From assembly GCA_950097015.1 (NCBI GenBank), contig CATNEN010000037.1, positions 4,481,347 through 4,545,346 of the forward strand: 64,000 nt of DNA, given 5' to 3'. Every line of letters begins with the position of its first letter. Positions within the stretch are counted from its first letter, which is position 1. The position numbers and the translations under genes are program-made. The stretch is from Macrostomum hystrix (lineage: Eukaryota > Animalia > Platyhelminthes). The notes under the pieces were generated by a model, which saw only the letters and a list, made by a program, of their open reading frames with translations, did no database searches and was not told the origin of the DNA. Positions 20,301 to 32,160 of the stretch are shown here, in pieces.

Positions 20301-23253
20301 AGCAGACAACAAGTTAAAATGCTGTAATTCTAAGGCAGAATTTAAACTAGCATTTTCTTAATCACTACCAAAAAGTAAACTAGTAATACAGGCACTGCTC
20401 TGTATGCACTCAGAGCTATATTGAGTGTATATACACTCATGTTATTTTGTACATATGCTTTGCACATTTGTGTTGTCTACACACCCTTTGGGGGTCACTT
20501 TCAACCTACCTGATCAATATTGTTGTGTTTGCTAGTGTATATAAGTATTTGATCTCTTCTTGGTGTATTCAAATACAGATTGTAGTTTCTCTCATATTCT
20601 TGGCTCTTAGAAGAAATAATATAGCTAAGACATTTTTTAAGAAAAAGTTGTCAAAAATTTGCTTTTACTTTCCCATATTCTTATTCATAGGCTTATACAC
20701 AATATTTATATTTTTGTTTTCACTAAAATTTTAAATAGCAACAAGAAAACTGTTGTTACAATATATATAATATATATATATTTGCTATGTTCTCATTGCT
20801 ATGATTATCATAAAAATAACTGCTTTTACATAGCTAATAATGTTATATTAAAACAGCTACAGACAGCTGTTTGCTAAGATAAACATTAGACTTCAGGGTA
20901 ACAAAACATAAAAATGTATTTAAAAAATATTGGCATTGATTATACCACTTTCTAAACATAAAGACCAAGATAACAGTTTGAACATTATCTAAAATATTGT
21001 TATGCAGACTGAATCAAGAAACTGTATAAACAGTTTAATAAGATAGCTCTTTTACACAAAGCATTAGTCATAATCATAATCTATATATATAAAAGTGAAA
21101 ACTCTGTCTGTCTGTCTGTGTGTGTGCAACCTTTTGTCTTTATAGACGCCGAAACCGCTCAACCAAATCGCACCAAACTTTGCACATACCTAAAACCACC
21201 TACGCTGAGTGCAATAGGCTACTCAAATTCCCGAAAAATCATTTCCTTCCTGCTCAAAAGTGCAAAAAACTGCTCAAAAATCGTCAAAAAATCACTCAAT
21301 TCGACATATCGTCGCCCCACTTTGTCAGATTTTCTCCAAATTTGATCCACTTACACTTTACATGTTTTCCAACAATGCTGTCAATTTTGAACATCTCTAC
21401 TCAATCCAGAGCAAAGCTGCATCATCTCAAAGTGAGTCACTTTTTGTTTTCCGAGGACAGCCACCCCAACTCCCCTCCGCCACTCTGCGGGCCAAATTTT
21501 ATTACAGCCACCCCCTCCCTTCCCCGGGCGCCGAAGCCCCAGACTGTACATTGTATTTTAAGACGTGAATGTACACAGCCCAAACCCCTAGACTGTCTAC
21601 TGGCCCCCAAGCAGCACTGAGACTGAGTGCGGTGAGTGCGGTGGCGTCCCAGTGCGCAGGGCTCTCCGGTCGATATTTCTCTCCAGCCAGCCTGGGATAG
21701 AAGAAAGAGAGAGGCTGGCGTTGACTGGCTGTCAGAGAGGGCAATTCTGTGTCGTAGAAATGATGCCGCCAACGAAATTAACTACCAACTGCTTCAGGAG
21801 TTGCCAGGTGCAGTTTTCACCTACAAGTCAATTGATACAACGTTGACTGATGACACCGCTGTGGAGTATCCTGTTGAGTTTCTGAACTCTCTAGATCCTC
21901 CTGGAACTCCATCGCACAACTTGCAGCTGAAAGTTGGGGCACCAATTATGCTCCTCCGCAACCTGAATGCGCCAAGGCTGTGTAACGGCACCAGACTGAT
22001 AGTCAGGCGGCTCTTCCCACACGTGATTGAGGCCACAATAATGACTGGATCTGGCAGAGGAGAGTCTGTGTTCGTTCCCCGGATTCCAATTATCCCCACG
22101 GACCTGCCTTTTCAGTTCAAGCGACTGCAGTTCCCTGTGAGAGTGTGCTTTGCGATGACTATTAACAAGGCTCAGGGACAGTCACTGAAGGTGGCTGGCA
22201 TCAACCTGGAGACTCCTTGCTTCTCGCATGGGCAGCTTTATGTCGCCTGCTCCCGTGTTGGAACTCCAGCTGGCCTATTCATTTTTGCACCAAGGGGAAG
22301 AACGAAGAATGTGGTGTATCCCCAGGCCTTGAGGTGACTCGCAAGCAATTAATAGAAAAGTAGTCACGAATTGACCTTGACCTGTCTAACTCTGAACTCT
22401 GAAACAGTTTAATTTTGTTTCTTTGACATTGTTATTGTTATGCCATGGCTATTTTCCTTATGTATACGCGTGTACATGCATACTGTATACAGAGGCAGAT
22501 TTAGGGGGGGGCGGGGGGGCAGTTGCCCCCATAAATTTTAATCATGGGAATAAGATGCCCCCACCAGGGGCGCCAGTCGCAGCACTGGCGCCCCTTTTCG
22601 GCCGCTGGCGCCCCTTTTTCAGCTGCTGGCTCCCGTTTTTCAGCCGCTGGCGCCCTTTCTTGGCTCCTGGCGCCCTTTTTCGGCCGCTGGCACCCCCTCT
22701 GTGATTCTCATGGCGCTCCCCTGACAGACCGCCCCAAAACAAAATTCCTGGATCTGCCACTGACTGTATAGAGGAGTGGCTAAGAGACATGTTTCTAAAG
22801 AAGTAATCAAGAGGGGGCTGTTTGGACAAACTTTTCACTTATTTTTTACTTAAAACGCCCTTAAACAAACTTTTCACTTTTCATTAATGCAGTAAATAAA
22901 TAAATGGTGACCTTCACTATAAAGTTAATACAGAGATGTGAATTGCTTACTGCTTTGCTTTAAATTTCTGCCCCAAAAACAACGGGCAAAAAAAGCTAGT
23001 ATATTATATACCTTAGGGGCTTAGCTAGCTATTTCCTAAATAATATTTTGGATTTAATTGAATAGTAGGCCTAAATAATATTTTTGTCTTTATTGTATCT
23101 AATTTGCAAAACATGACAAAAACATTTTCATAAGCATAGCTATGAGCAACTTACTTTCGAAAACTGAAGAGTCAAAGCACTTTTCCCAACTCCTCCACTT
23201 CCAATCACCACAATCTTAATTGGTTTTACAGACTTTGATGCACCTTTTGACAT
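17367..23253 (-). CDS. Ras/R-Ras-like small GTPase, 197 aa. Exons 23253-23155, 20127-20025, 19889-19559, 17427-17367
   Basis: Spliced protein [31 protein letters not shown]|[22 protein letters not shown]|[27 protein letters not shown]|[19 protein letters not shown]. All G boxes and a CAAX are present; all junctions are GT-AG and in phase (594 nt). Confidence 0.93.
17523..19186. repeat. 30-bp minisatellite with higher-order duplication, in the last Ras intron
   Basis: About 54 copies of CAGAATCCAGTCCCATCCCTAGTTATCCAG. The flank-like segment CTAGCAGAATCTAGTCCTGACTGCATGTCTGCAC occurs twice, about 851 bp apart (near 17525 and 18376). Confidence 0.95.
21636..22337 (+). pseudogene. Helitron PIF1-like helicase, C-terminal fragment only
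   Basis: Motifs [65 protein letters not shown]. No Rep domain and no N-terminal helicase motifs. Confidence 0.9.
22490..22762. mobile_element. hAT-type MITE (273 bp) nested in the Helitron
   Basis: Imperfect TIRs CAGAGGCAGATTTAGG / CCTGGATCTGCCACTG and an 8-bp TSD ACTGTATA (22482-22489; 22763-22770). Confidence 0.9.
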
Positions 23254-24850
23254 TTCAGCCCTACTATATGATTTCACAGGCAAAATTAAGTAGGCCTACT
23301 TATTAAGAGGTCAGGACTATTGTGAATTGTTTGCCAGTTCTTTTGCTGTACTTGGAGAACCTCTTGTGAATCTTGTGATATTGTGAAATGTTAAGTTAAA
23401 TGATAGGTTAGCTAATAACAGCAAGCTTATTGCTATAAAAATAATAATAGAACTGGTTAAAGAATGCTTCAAGTCAACATGACAATCGTCAACCAGTTTG
23501 TGACCTTAATTTATTTGATATTATGCAATTTTTAGCTTTAGCTTGCCTAGCGCAGCTATTTAAGCCAATGCAGGCCAGATAAAAAATATAAATTTACCTT
23601 ATGTACGGCTACCTAGTTCACAAAATAAATATGTATGCTACAATCAAGTATGATACTGCTATGCCAGCATGTGAACTGAGCTTAAATGTTGTCCAGTGTC
23701 AGTGATGGCATTTCTATTTTAAGAATTCACTGTTCCAATTCGCAACAGTAAACTTTAACCGCTTGCAAACTCGTAATACAACATTTACTTTGATGAATCT
23801 AAGAAAATATATCATTATACGATATACTCATGCTAATAAAAAACTCTCAAGCTAATATTTGTTTGTTTTGCGTTCTTTTTTGGAATGATAGCTTACTTAG
23901 AAACAAACAGTGATAATTTAAACTGTCCTAAATTACGCATGATACATTGATACCATTTTCAATGCAAATATTAACTGCCTAAATATTAAATATTAACTAC
24001 TAAATATGTCTTTATATTTACAATAATTAGTCTACTTACTTTAAAATCGACCGCTTAGTATAGCAGTATGTATTCTTTTAATCTGTTTTGTGTACAAGTA
24101 CTACTAGTAATTCGTTATCATCGTACCCTTAAACCCTATTCTTGTTTTGTTTTTTAGTGTGCAGTATAAAATCGTGACATTTTATTCACTTCTCATGATT
24201 ATCATTTTTCTAGTTTCTTTTGTGCCAATTTATCTTGTCTTGTAACAAAAAAAATTTTATTCCTAAGTTTGAAAGTCTTATAACCATAGGGCTAGGCCTA
24301 TGATGTGCTGTTCACTCAGAGTGAATATCTCTTATATTAAACATCATTTGTGTAATTAAAAATAGTTAACAAAAAAACAATAGCAAATTATGCTATTCTC
24401 TGCCAGAACCTAGCTTAAGTAGTAATATGACAGCTAGGCATTTCTTTGTTAACTGATGGTGAACAAGCTTGGTCATTGAAGAAAAATTATGTTAGCTAGT
24501 CCAAGCTAGTCCATCAAAAATGCCAGTGCCACCATGTTTAATAATTATTTTTAGTTCTGATAATTCTGGATTTAGCTCCACTCATTCATAAGCTTTCAGT
24601 TTGTTTCCTTTTGATTTGAATATGTGGCTAGCCTATACTATAAACTAGAAATTTAAACTAACTTTCATTTTTAGCTGAAGGATTTCTCCGTTCCAAGTGC
24701 TGGATTTGAAATGTTTTACTTAATTTCACTGTAGCCTGTGTCAGCTAGATACTCATCTGCTGCTAGCAAGTGTTACTACCACCCTCTCCTCATCAACAAC
24801 ACTTCAAGCTAGCCTGATTCTGAGCTGCTAGCTTACAGCTGCAGCCAAGC

Positions 24851-26731
24851 ATGACTGGGTCAAGTCGCCGCCTGTGCCTGGCTGCTTTAGCCGTCAGCTT
24901 CATCGCCTGCTGCCTCCTCCTAATATCATGGCGGGGCATTGTTTCTGACAGCGGAAGTCGACACCTCGTTGCTGGCCTGTTTGATCGGCGAAACAGCACT
25001 GACGGCGATATTTGGCCGCCGTGGCCACCTCTGAACCTGACAAACGGCTCTAGCGCGCTAGTGCTTGTCCACATCCAGAAGACTGGCGGCTCATCACTTG
25101 ATCGTCAATTTGTTCGCGCCGGAGTTCGCGGCCTGCCGTGCGAGTGCCAACGCGGCCGCAAGCGCTGCCGCTGTTTAAACCCAGCCGGCGTCGATTGGCT
25201 GCTGAGCCGTGGCACCGCGGGCTGGGCCTGCGGCCTCCATGCCAGCCTGGCCGCCTTGCGCGCCTGCGCGCCAGCCTGGCGCCGCTTCCGGCCAGGCGTC
25301 CGGCTGCACTACATCAGCGTTCTTCGCCGACCAATTGATCGCTTTCTATCCGAATGGCGCCATGTTCGACGCGGCGCCACTTGGAGCGCCTCGCGTAGAT
25401 TCTGCGACGGCCAACCGACGCAGCCCCAGCCGGAGCCGTGCTACACAGACGAAGACTGGCAGGATGTCAGCCTGGCTGAATTCTCAAATTGTCAGCGCAA
25501 TCCGGCCAGGAATCGCCAGAGCCGAATGCTCGCCAGCCTGGTTGGGGCGGAGTGTCACGACGGCGAGCGCATGCTGGCCGGGGCCCTCGCCAACCTGCCC
25601 AGACTGGCCTTTGTCGGCCTCACCGAGTACCAGGTGAGGGTGGGGGCCAAATCAAACATGTTTGAAGAGCTTCGGAATCCTAAGGTCCGGAATTCGAATC
25701 TCAGTCGAAGGGAAAATGTGTGTCCTTTGACATGATATTTCCCATTGAGCTTCAAATCTAACAGCCTAAATGGATCTGGGGGTTTTGCGGCCCCCAGTCC
25801 GTGGACTGAAAAGCTGTACAGAGCCTTTGGATGCGCCGCGCAATTTTTGAGACTATGCTACTACTAGCTTTATATTTAGTCCAACTATGCTCGGTAACGG
25901 GGTGAGTGTCAAATCGGTCTAACGCGTTTGACTCTCTCGCACCAAGGTCCCTGAGTTCGATTCCGCTGTGTGGCCACATTTAGCTCGTATTTAGGCGAAG
26001 CCGCGGAGAGAAGGCTTGGGGGCATGTCGTGCAATATTCGAGCGTACACCCATGATGGCTAACCTCCAAGGCACAGTGAAAGTGTTCGCTGCCTGACGAT
26101 GAGAAAGTCAGGGCAGATGTCCGCACCTGTGTGAGTGTGTGCCTGTGTTCAGTATATGTGTGCTTGTGTGCTAAGGAGTCAGCGGAATGGGCAGAATGTA
26201 GCGGGTAGCGAGTCTAGTATCACCGAATAATGCGCGATTGCCCGCAGCCCTCTATTTACATTTTTTGGAAAAACTATAACTTAGGGTAAGCGGTTTAAGT
26301 ACCCGAATCTTTGGCAACCACAACAGGTGCTCAACCAGTACCAGCTGACCCGCGGCCTGGGCCTCCTATTCAATCGGCTATTCTGGCAGCACGATGCCAC
26401 CGTGGCCGGCCAGATCAACGTCACCGCCGCGGACCTGGCCATGGCCGAGTCCGCCACCCGCCTAGACGCCCGACTGTACGCCGCCGCGGAGCAATTATTT
26501 TTCGACCGCACCCGGCGGCTCCTGTCAGACGACGCCCTCGTGGCCGACTTTGATCCCGGCTTGGCTGGTGACCTCGCTGGCCTCGACACGGCCGGGCTTC
26601 GCGCGCTGGCGCCCAGGCTGGAGGCGGCCGCGGCTGGCGTGCTGCGCCGGCTGGGAGCGCGCGATGTCAGCGCCGCCGAGCGACGCCGAGTTCGACAGCG
26701 AGTTGAAGATAAACTAATTGAATCTCAGTGA
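24851..26731 (+). CDS. hs6st: Heparan-sulfate 6-O-sulfotransferase, about 395 aa. Exons 24851-25633 and 26327-26731
   Basis: Type II N-terminal TM; PAPS motif LVHIQKTGG; CECQRGRKRCRC; GWACGLHA; LRRPIDRFLSEWRHVRRGATW; FVGLTEYQ|VLNQYQL...LDARLY. Phase-0 junction CAG|GTGAGG to ACAG|GTG. Confidence 0.93.
25660..25860 (+). mobile_element. SINE family B copy in the HS6ST intron
   Basis: AATTCGAATCTCAG B-box-like, GTGTGTCCTTTGAC core and CAGTCCGTGGACTG segment shared with 5010-5240 and 55810-55930. Confidence 0.5.
25890..26270 (+). mobile_element. tRNA-derived SINE family A copy in the HS6ST intron
   Basis: Clear end-to-end similarity to 55479-55796 (AACGCGTTTG..CTCTCGCACCA.GGTCCCT.AGTT.GA; GCCGCGGAGA.AAGGCTTGG; CTGCCTGACGATGAGAAA.TCAGGGCAGATGT). 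Confidence 0.75.
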
Positions 26732-26844
26732 GCTTTATCTTGCTTTCTGCCCGCTAGCCAATCTCCTCTGCTTTCCATTTTTCCCTATTTTCTTGTTTGG
26801 TATTCATCAGCCCAGCAGAACCCAATTCTTCTGCTCCTAGTGGA

Positions 26845-27420
26845 GACACAGGATGGATGAGACACAGGACAAATGTGACACAGGATAGATGTGACACAGG
26901 ACAAATGTGACACAGGGTAGATGTGACACAGGATAGATGTGACACAGGACAAATGTGACACAGGATAGATGTGACATAGGATAGATGAGACACAGGACAG
27001 ATGAGACACGGGATATATGAGACACGGGGTAGATGAGACACAGGACAGTTGAGACACAGGACAGATGAGACACAGGACAGATGAGACACAGGGCAGATGA
27101 GACACAGGATAGATGTGACACAGGACAAATGTGACACAGGACAGATGTGACACAGGACAAATGTGACACAGGATAGATGTGACACAGGATAGATGAGACA
27201 CAGGACAGATGAGACACGGGATATATGAGACACGGGGTAGATGAGACACAGGACAGTTGAGACACAGGAGAGATGAGACACAGGACAGATGAGACACGGG
27301 ATATATGGGACACGGGATATATGAGACACGGGGTAGATGAGACACAGGACAGTTGAGACACAGGATAGATGAGACACAGGAGAGATGAGACACAGGATAG
27401 ATGAGACACAGGAGAGATGA
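26845..27420. repeat. 16-bp minisatellite 3' of HS6ST
   Basis: GACACAGGAYAGATGW repeated about 35 times. Confidence 0.9.
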
Positions 27421-28414
27421 AACATAATTCATGAGATATAAGAGATGTGAAGAATAATTGATGAGACAGGGAAGATGTAAATAATGATAGATGAGAAACG
27501 ATTGAGGTGATGGATGGGACCAGTGGACTACGAGCATAGATTTTGTGTCTTCAGTAGCTCAGCAGTCGACCCCTGTCGGTATCGGCTTAAAACTAATTGA
27601 AAAAGTACTTAACATTAATGTCGCCCAACAAGCTGTAAACAGTTTTGGGCATCGATACAAAAAAGTGGGGAAAGAAAAGCATTCGAAATTTTGTATCGAT
27701 GTATCTTGTTAAACCGCAATCAGTATTTGTTTGCAAACATTTGTTCTCTCAAAATGAAAAGATGTTAAATGAATTGTAGAATTGGTCCAATGTTAACTGA
27801 TATTTTACATCAGATAACAGCAAGCTTGTTAGACTTTACTAATTAAAGTTTTGTTTAACTGACAGCCTTTTGTTGATTTGCGCGGACCAGTCTGTAGATA
27901 GGCTTATCAGTTTAATCCATTCATATTATACATCTGACATACATTGTATATGTTGTGAATAATTTTGTAATAAAATAGAAAACTTACACAAAATCATTTT
28001 TACGCTTGCAATAACCGTAACTGCTAAGGTCGTATATTCTGAGTAAATATCTCGAAACACACTTTTATTTAGTCAGTTTTATTGACCTGGATATTAAGTT
28101 CGATTTGTCTTTCAATAAAAACATAACAACCCTCTGTCTACAAGTATACTACTTACAGTACTCGGTAGCAAAAAAGCTCTGATACAGCTAAAATCTGAAT
28201 AAATCAATAATGGCCTTCAATAAATAGGTAGTAAAATTTCGGAGCTTCTGTACAGCTGCAGACATTAACATGATTCAAGAGTTAAAAAAGCTGGTTTTAT
28301 AAAATAATACGCTGACTATACTGAGGTTATTCATTTGTCTTGGTGTCTATACGATTTACGTATAAAATGTTTGATTATGTTTGTTGATCTAAGGGTCAGT
28401 CAATTGTAGCCGAT

Positions 28415-29160
28415 AATTGAAGCCACCAACTTACACCCCACTGTAGCAACCAACGTACACCAACTATAGCCACCAACTTGCACCCTACTGTAGTCACCAA
28501 CTTGCACCCTATTGAAGCCGCCAACTTGCACCCTACTGAAGCCACCAACTTGTACCCTATTGAAGCCACCAACTTGCACCCTATTGAAGCCACCAACTTG
28601 CACACTATTGAAGCCACCAACTTGCACCCTACTGAAGCCACCAACTTGCACCCTACTGAAGCCACCAACTTGCACCCTATTGAAGCCACCAACTTGCACC
28701 CTATTGAAGCCACCAACTTGCACCCTATTGAAGCCACCAACTTGCACCCTATTGAAGCCACCAACTTGCACCCTATTGAAGCCACCAACTTGCACCCTAC
28801 TGAATCTACCAACTTGCACCCTACTGAAGCCACCAACTTGCACCCTACTTGAAGCCACCAACTTGTACCCTACTGAAGCCACCAACTTGCACCCTATTGA
28901 AGCCACCAACTTGCACACTATTGAAGCCACCAACTTGCACCCTATTGAAGCCACCAACTTGCACCCTAATGTAGTCACCAACTTGCACCCTATTGAAGCC
29001 GCCAACTTGCACCCTACTGAAGCCGCCAACTTGCACCCTACTGAAGCCGCCAACTTGCACCCTACTGAAGCCACCAACTTGCACCCTACTGAAGCCACCA
29101 ACTTGCACCCTACTGAAGCCACCAACTTGCACCCTACTGAAGCCACCAACTTGCACCTAT
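28415..29160. repeat. 24-bp minisatellite 3' of the amidase stop
   Basis: GAAGCCACCAACTTGCACCCTAYT about 30 times. Confidence 0.95.
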
Positions 29161-29211
29161 TGTGTATTAGTTGGTGTGATTCCTGCATATCTCAGTCTTG
29201 CATAGCGTCCT

Positions 29212-31797
29212 CTAAACAGCAGCCAGCCAGCCAGCCAGGCTCAGCGCAACCGCCAGCAGCACGGCAGCCGGGGCACCGCAGCTCAGACCAGCTGACTTCA
29301 CCTCCAGCTCCGGTGTCGAATTCGGCGACCGCAAGTCCGCATAGCTGGCCAGGTAGGCATTGGCTATGGTGAGCAGCAGCTGCTCCTGATTAGTAGCGGC
29401 TATCAGAACCACAGACACCGGCATGCCCTGCGGCTGGTCGGCTCCGGTTGAAGTGGAAAAGCCGACAGGCAGGGATAGGCTAGGCCAGCCAGTGTAGGGA
29501 TTCAGTGCTGGCGAGATCTGGTCTGGCAGTGGCGGCTCCACACTGTTCAACTGGGGCAGCTTGGCGCTAAGTGGAACAGCCAGAGCGCTGGCATTTCCTA
29601 GCAGTTCCAGCATGATGGCGGTGACGTTCGCGCGCCCGCTGTTGTAGGGATCGCAGGCGGCCGCGCCGCAGACGCTGGCGTCCGATTGGCTCACGGTGTA
29701 ATTTAGCTTCTCCTGGTAGCTGAGCGGGAAACCCCAGGACACGTTGAGTAGGTCACGGGCGTTGCGGAAAGGACCAGAGGTCGCGTAGCTGCCGAATTTT
29801 GGATTCGGTGGGGGGGCATTATGCAATTCTGGAGTGCTGCCAACTGAATGTGCTGGTTTCGAATCGAGAATAATAAATGGAAGAATAGAGGTCAGGGTAG
29901 AAAATTTGAGATTGGGATATTAGTAGATTTAGGAGAAGAGTGGAGACGGGAGAATAATAGAGACGGGATTACAGTGGAGACGTCAGAAATATAGAGATGG
30001 GATTACAGTGGAGACGGGAGAATAATAGAGATGGGATAAGAGTGTAGATTGGAGAAGAGAGGAGATGTAAGAATATTTGAATGAGACCAAATGTTGAGAT
30101 AGCCTGCTAGTTGTACTCACCGGCTGAGGTAGGCATCCAGGCTGCTCTTCATACAGCTGTTACTGCAGGCAGGCTTGGTAGCCGTGGCGGCGAAGATGGC
30201 GGTCAGCTTGGCGCCGAGATCGGCTCCGTCGGTCCGGTAGCGCTGAACGTTGGCCCCGAGAACGGCCAGACGGGCCGCGGTCTGGTTGTGCAGGCGGATC
30301 ATCTCGGCGTCAGGCGTGTAGGACATGCCGGGTGCTATTGGGAAGCTCTCGTAGAAATTGTCCAAAAAGCGGATGGTCACGCCTTGCAGCTGGGTGACGC
30401 CAGAGAGGCTGGCGCTGAAGTTCGAGCCTGCATTGTTGCGGAAGTGCGTTGGTTACAGTGTGAGTGGGCCTGGACTCGATGGGAGATGGGAGATGACGTA
30501 CACAGTTGGGTAGAGGGGGTGAGGATGTAGACTCTAGGGTTGGGTAAGGAGAGGGTGTATACTCTAGAGAAGAGTGGGGAGATGGCCTGGACTCTAGGGT
30601 CGAGTGGGGAGAGGGCTTAGACTCTAGGGGAGAGTGGGGAGAGACTTTAGGGTAGAGAGGGGAGAGGCCAGAGGGTGTAGACTATAGAGTAGAGAGCATC
30701 GATTGCTACCGATAGAGGAGAGGCAGTACAAACTGTTTAGTAGAGGGCATGGACAGTAGTGAAGCGTAGTCAGATTGGCCATTGAAGCAGTTTAGAGAAG
30801 CATGTGTCACTCACCGTACACAGCATCATGCGCCACTAGATAGTCCCGTCGATCCCTGGCCATGAGGCCCACCAGATCCTGGCGCAGGAAGGCCGGGTAG
30901 ACCCCCTCCCGCATTGCCTCAAAGGTGGCGCTCTGTGTTGGCCTGATGCACACGAGGCCAGCCGCCGAGCAGGGCCCGATGACGGAGCCTTCGGTGTCAG
31001 TGCCGACGCCGAGTACAGCCAAGCCGGCGGCGACAGCGGCTGCGGAGCCGCCAGAGCTGCCTAGGCAGCTGCGCCGCTTGTCCCACGGATTGGCGCACAC
31101 TCCACCGAGGGTGCTGGCCGATTTTGTGCCCGAGTCAGACATCTCGGCCATGTTGCTCTTGCCGATCACAATGCCTGCGGGAGGAAGAGCGAATCTTGAT
31201 CACATCTTGTAGGTTCTAGACCGACGAAGACGGTCAGGGGCAGGTCGGGCTGCAGCAAGCGGTGCCAAATAGAGCATTCCTCATTACTACGAGTACCAAC
31301 TAGTCTACGGTCTACAACCTCAGCCTCTATAACCCGACAGCCTCACCTCCCGCCGCTTTGATGCGTGCCACCACGGCGCTGTCGCTGACGGCCGTCATGC
31401 TCTGAAGCGCTCGCGCTCCGCTAGTGGTGGGCAGGCCCTGCAGGTCCGTGTTGTCCTTCACAGCTACTGGCACGCAGTGCAGCGGGCCGCTCAGGCCGCC
31501 CTGCCGGTCCTTGTCCCTGGCCGCCCTCAGCGCCGCCTCCTTGTTGACGGAGATAAAGACTGCCAAGCTGGCATTGTAGGCTTCAATGCGGCTGAGCTGT
31601 TCAACGATGAGGTCCTCGCAGCTGAAGCTGCCACTTCTGATGCCAGCCAGAACGCCCGCCACGCTGGCGCTGGCAAGGAGGCGGGCCGCCACCCGTCGAC
31701 CAGCCAGCGAAGTGTCGCCAGCGACTGTCAGCGCCAGCAGCAGCAGCAGCAGCAGCATCGGGGAAGTCAGCCGCTTTACAAAGAATCCTGTGGCCAT
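29212..31797 (-). CDS. Amidase-signature (Ser-cisSer-Lys) family enzyme with signal peptide and GPI-like tail, 564 aa. Exons 31797-31347, 31174-30815, 30427-30121, 29788-29212
   Basis: VAVKDN (Lys), [24 protein letters not shown] (cis-Ser), GTDTEGS (nucleophile), GWPSLSLPVGF..GMPVSVVL. Poly-Leu signal peptide; C-terminal SAGLSCGAPAAVLLAVALSLAGWLAAV*. All junctions are GT-AG and in phase (1695 nt). Confidence 0.88.
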
Positions 31798-32146
31798 GTT
31801 TGAGTTGCTTATCTTGATTATCGAGGTAATACCTGTTGGGTTTATTTCTTAAGAAATATCTTGACCTCAGCAGCTCATATTTATAAGGCCGACTCTGGTT
31901 TGAGATACTCCTTCTCGCCTTATCTATGATTCGTGTATGTGTTGACTAACTAGCTCGTATTATCGAGTGTTGCCATGACGTAGCGAAACAAAACATGAGT
32001 CTAAATTTAATTTCCTGTGAGTAACTGTTGCCACGTCTCTTTTTTGCTGCCGCAGTGACAATCCTTAGCCATTCATGTAGCTCTCTTATTGTCTATAGTA
32101 AAACATTTGATAATAAACCTTCTTTAAACTGCGGAGGGGGGGTTCC

Positions 32147-32160
32147 GTTGCTATGGCAAC
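32147..32160. promoter_or_regulatory. RFX X-box motif
   Basis: GTTGCTATGGCAAC fits the GTTNCY-AT-RGNAAC consensus, 350 bp upstream of the amidase ATG; a half-site GTTGCCATGAC lies near 31969. Confidence 0.55.

Larger units (their letters stand above)
21080..22999 (+). mobile_element. Non-autonomous Helitron (internal deletion derivative) in Ras intron 1
   Basis: 5' A|TCTATATATATAAAAG...(TCTG)n head; 3' hairpin TGCCC..GGGCA followed by CTAG|T at 22996-23000; inserted between A and T with no TSD; carries a helicase C-terminal fragment. Confidence 0.85.

Noticed and set aside
29789-29828. Alternative acceptor at 29829 for the last amidase exon
   Set aside because: Out of phase with the upstream phase-2 donor and gives an immediate stop; the acceptor at 29789 restores the frame.
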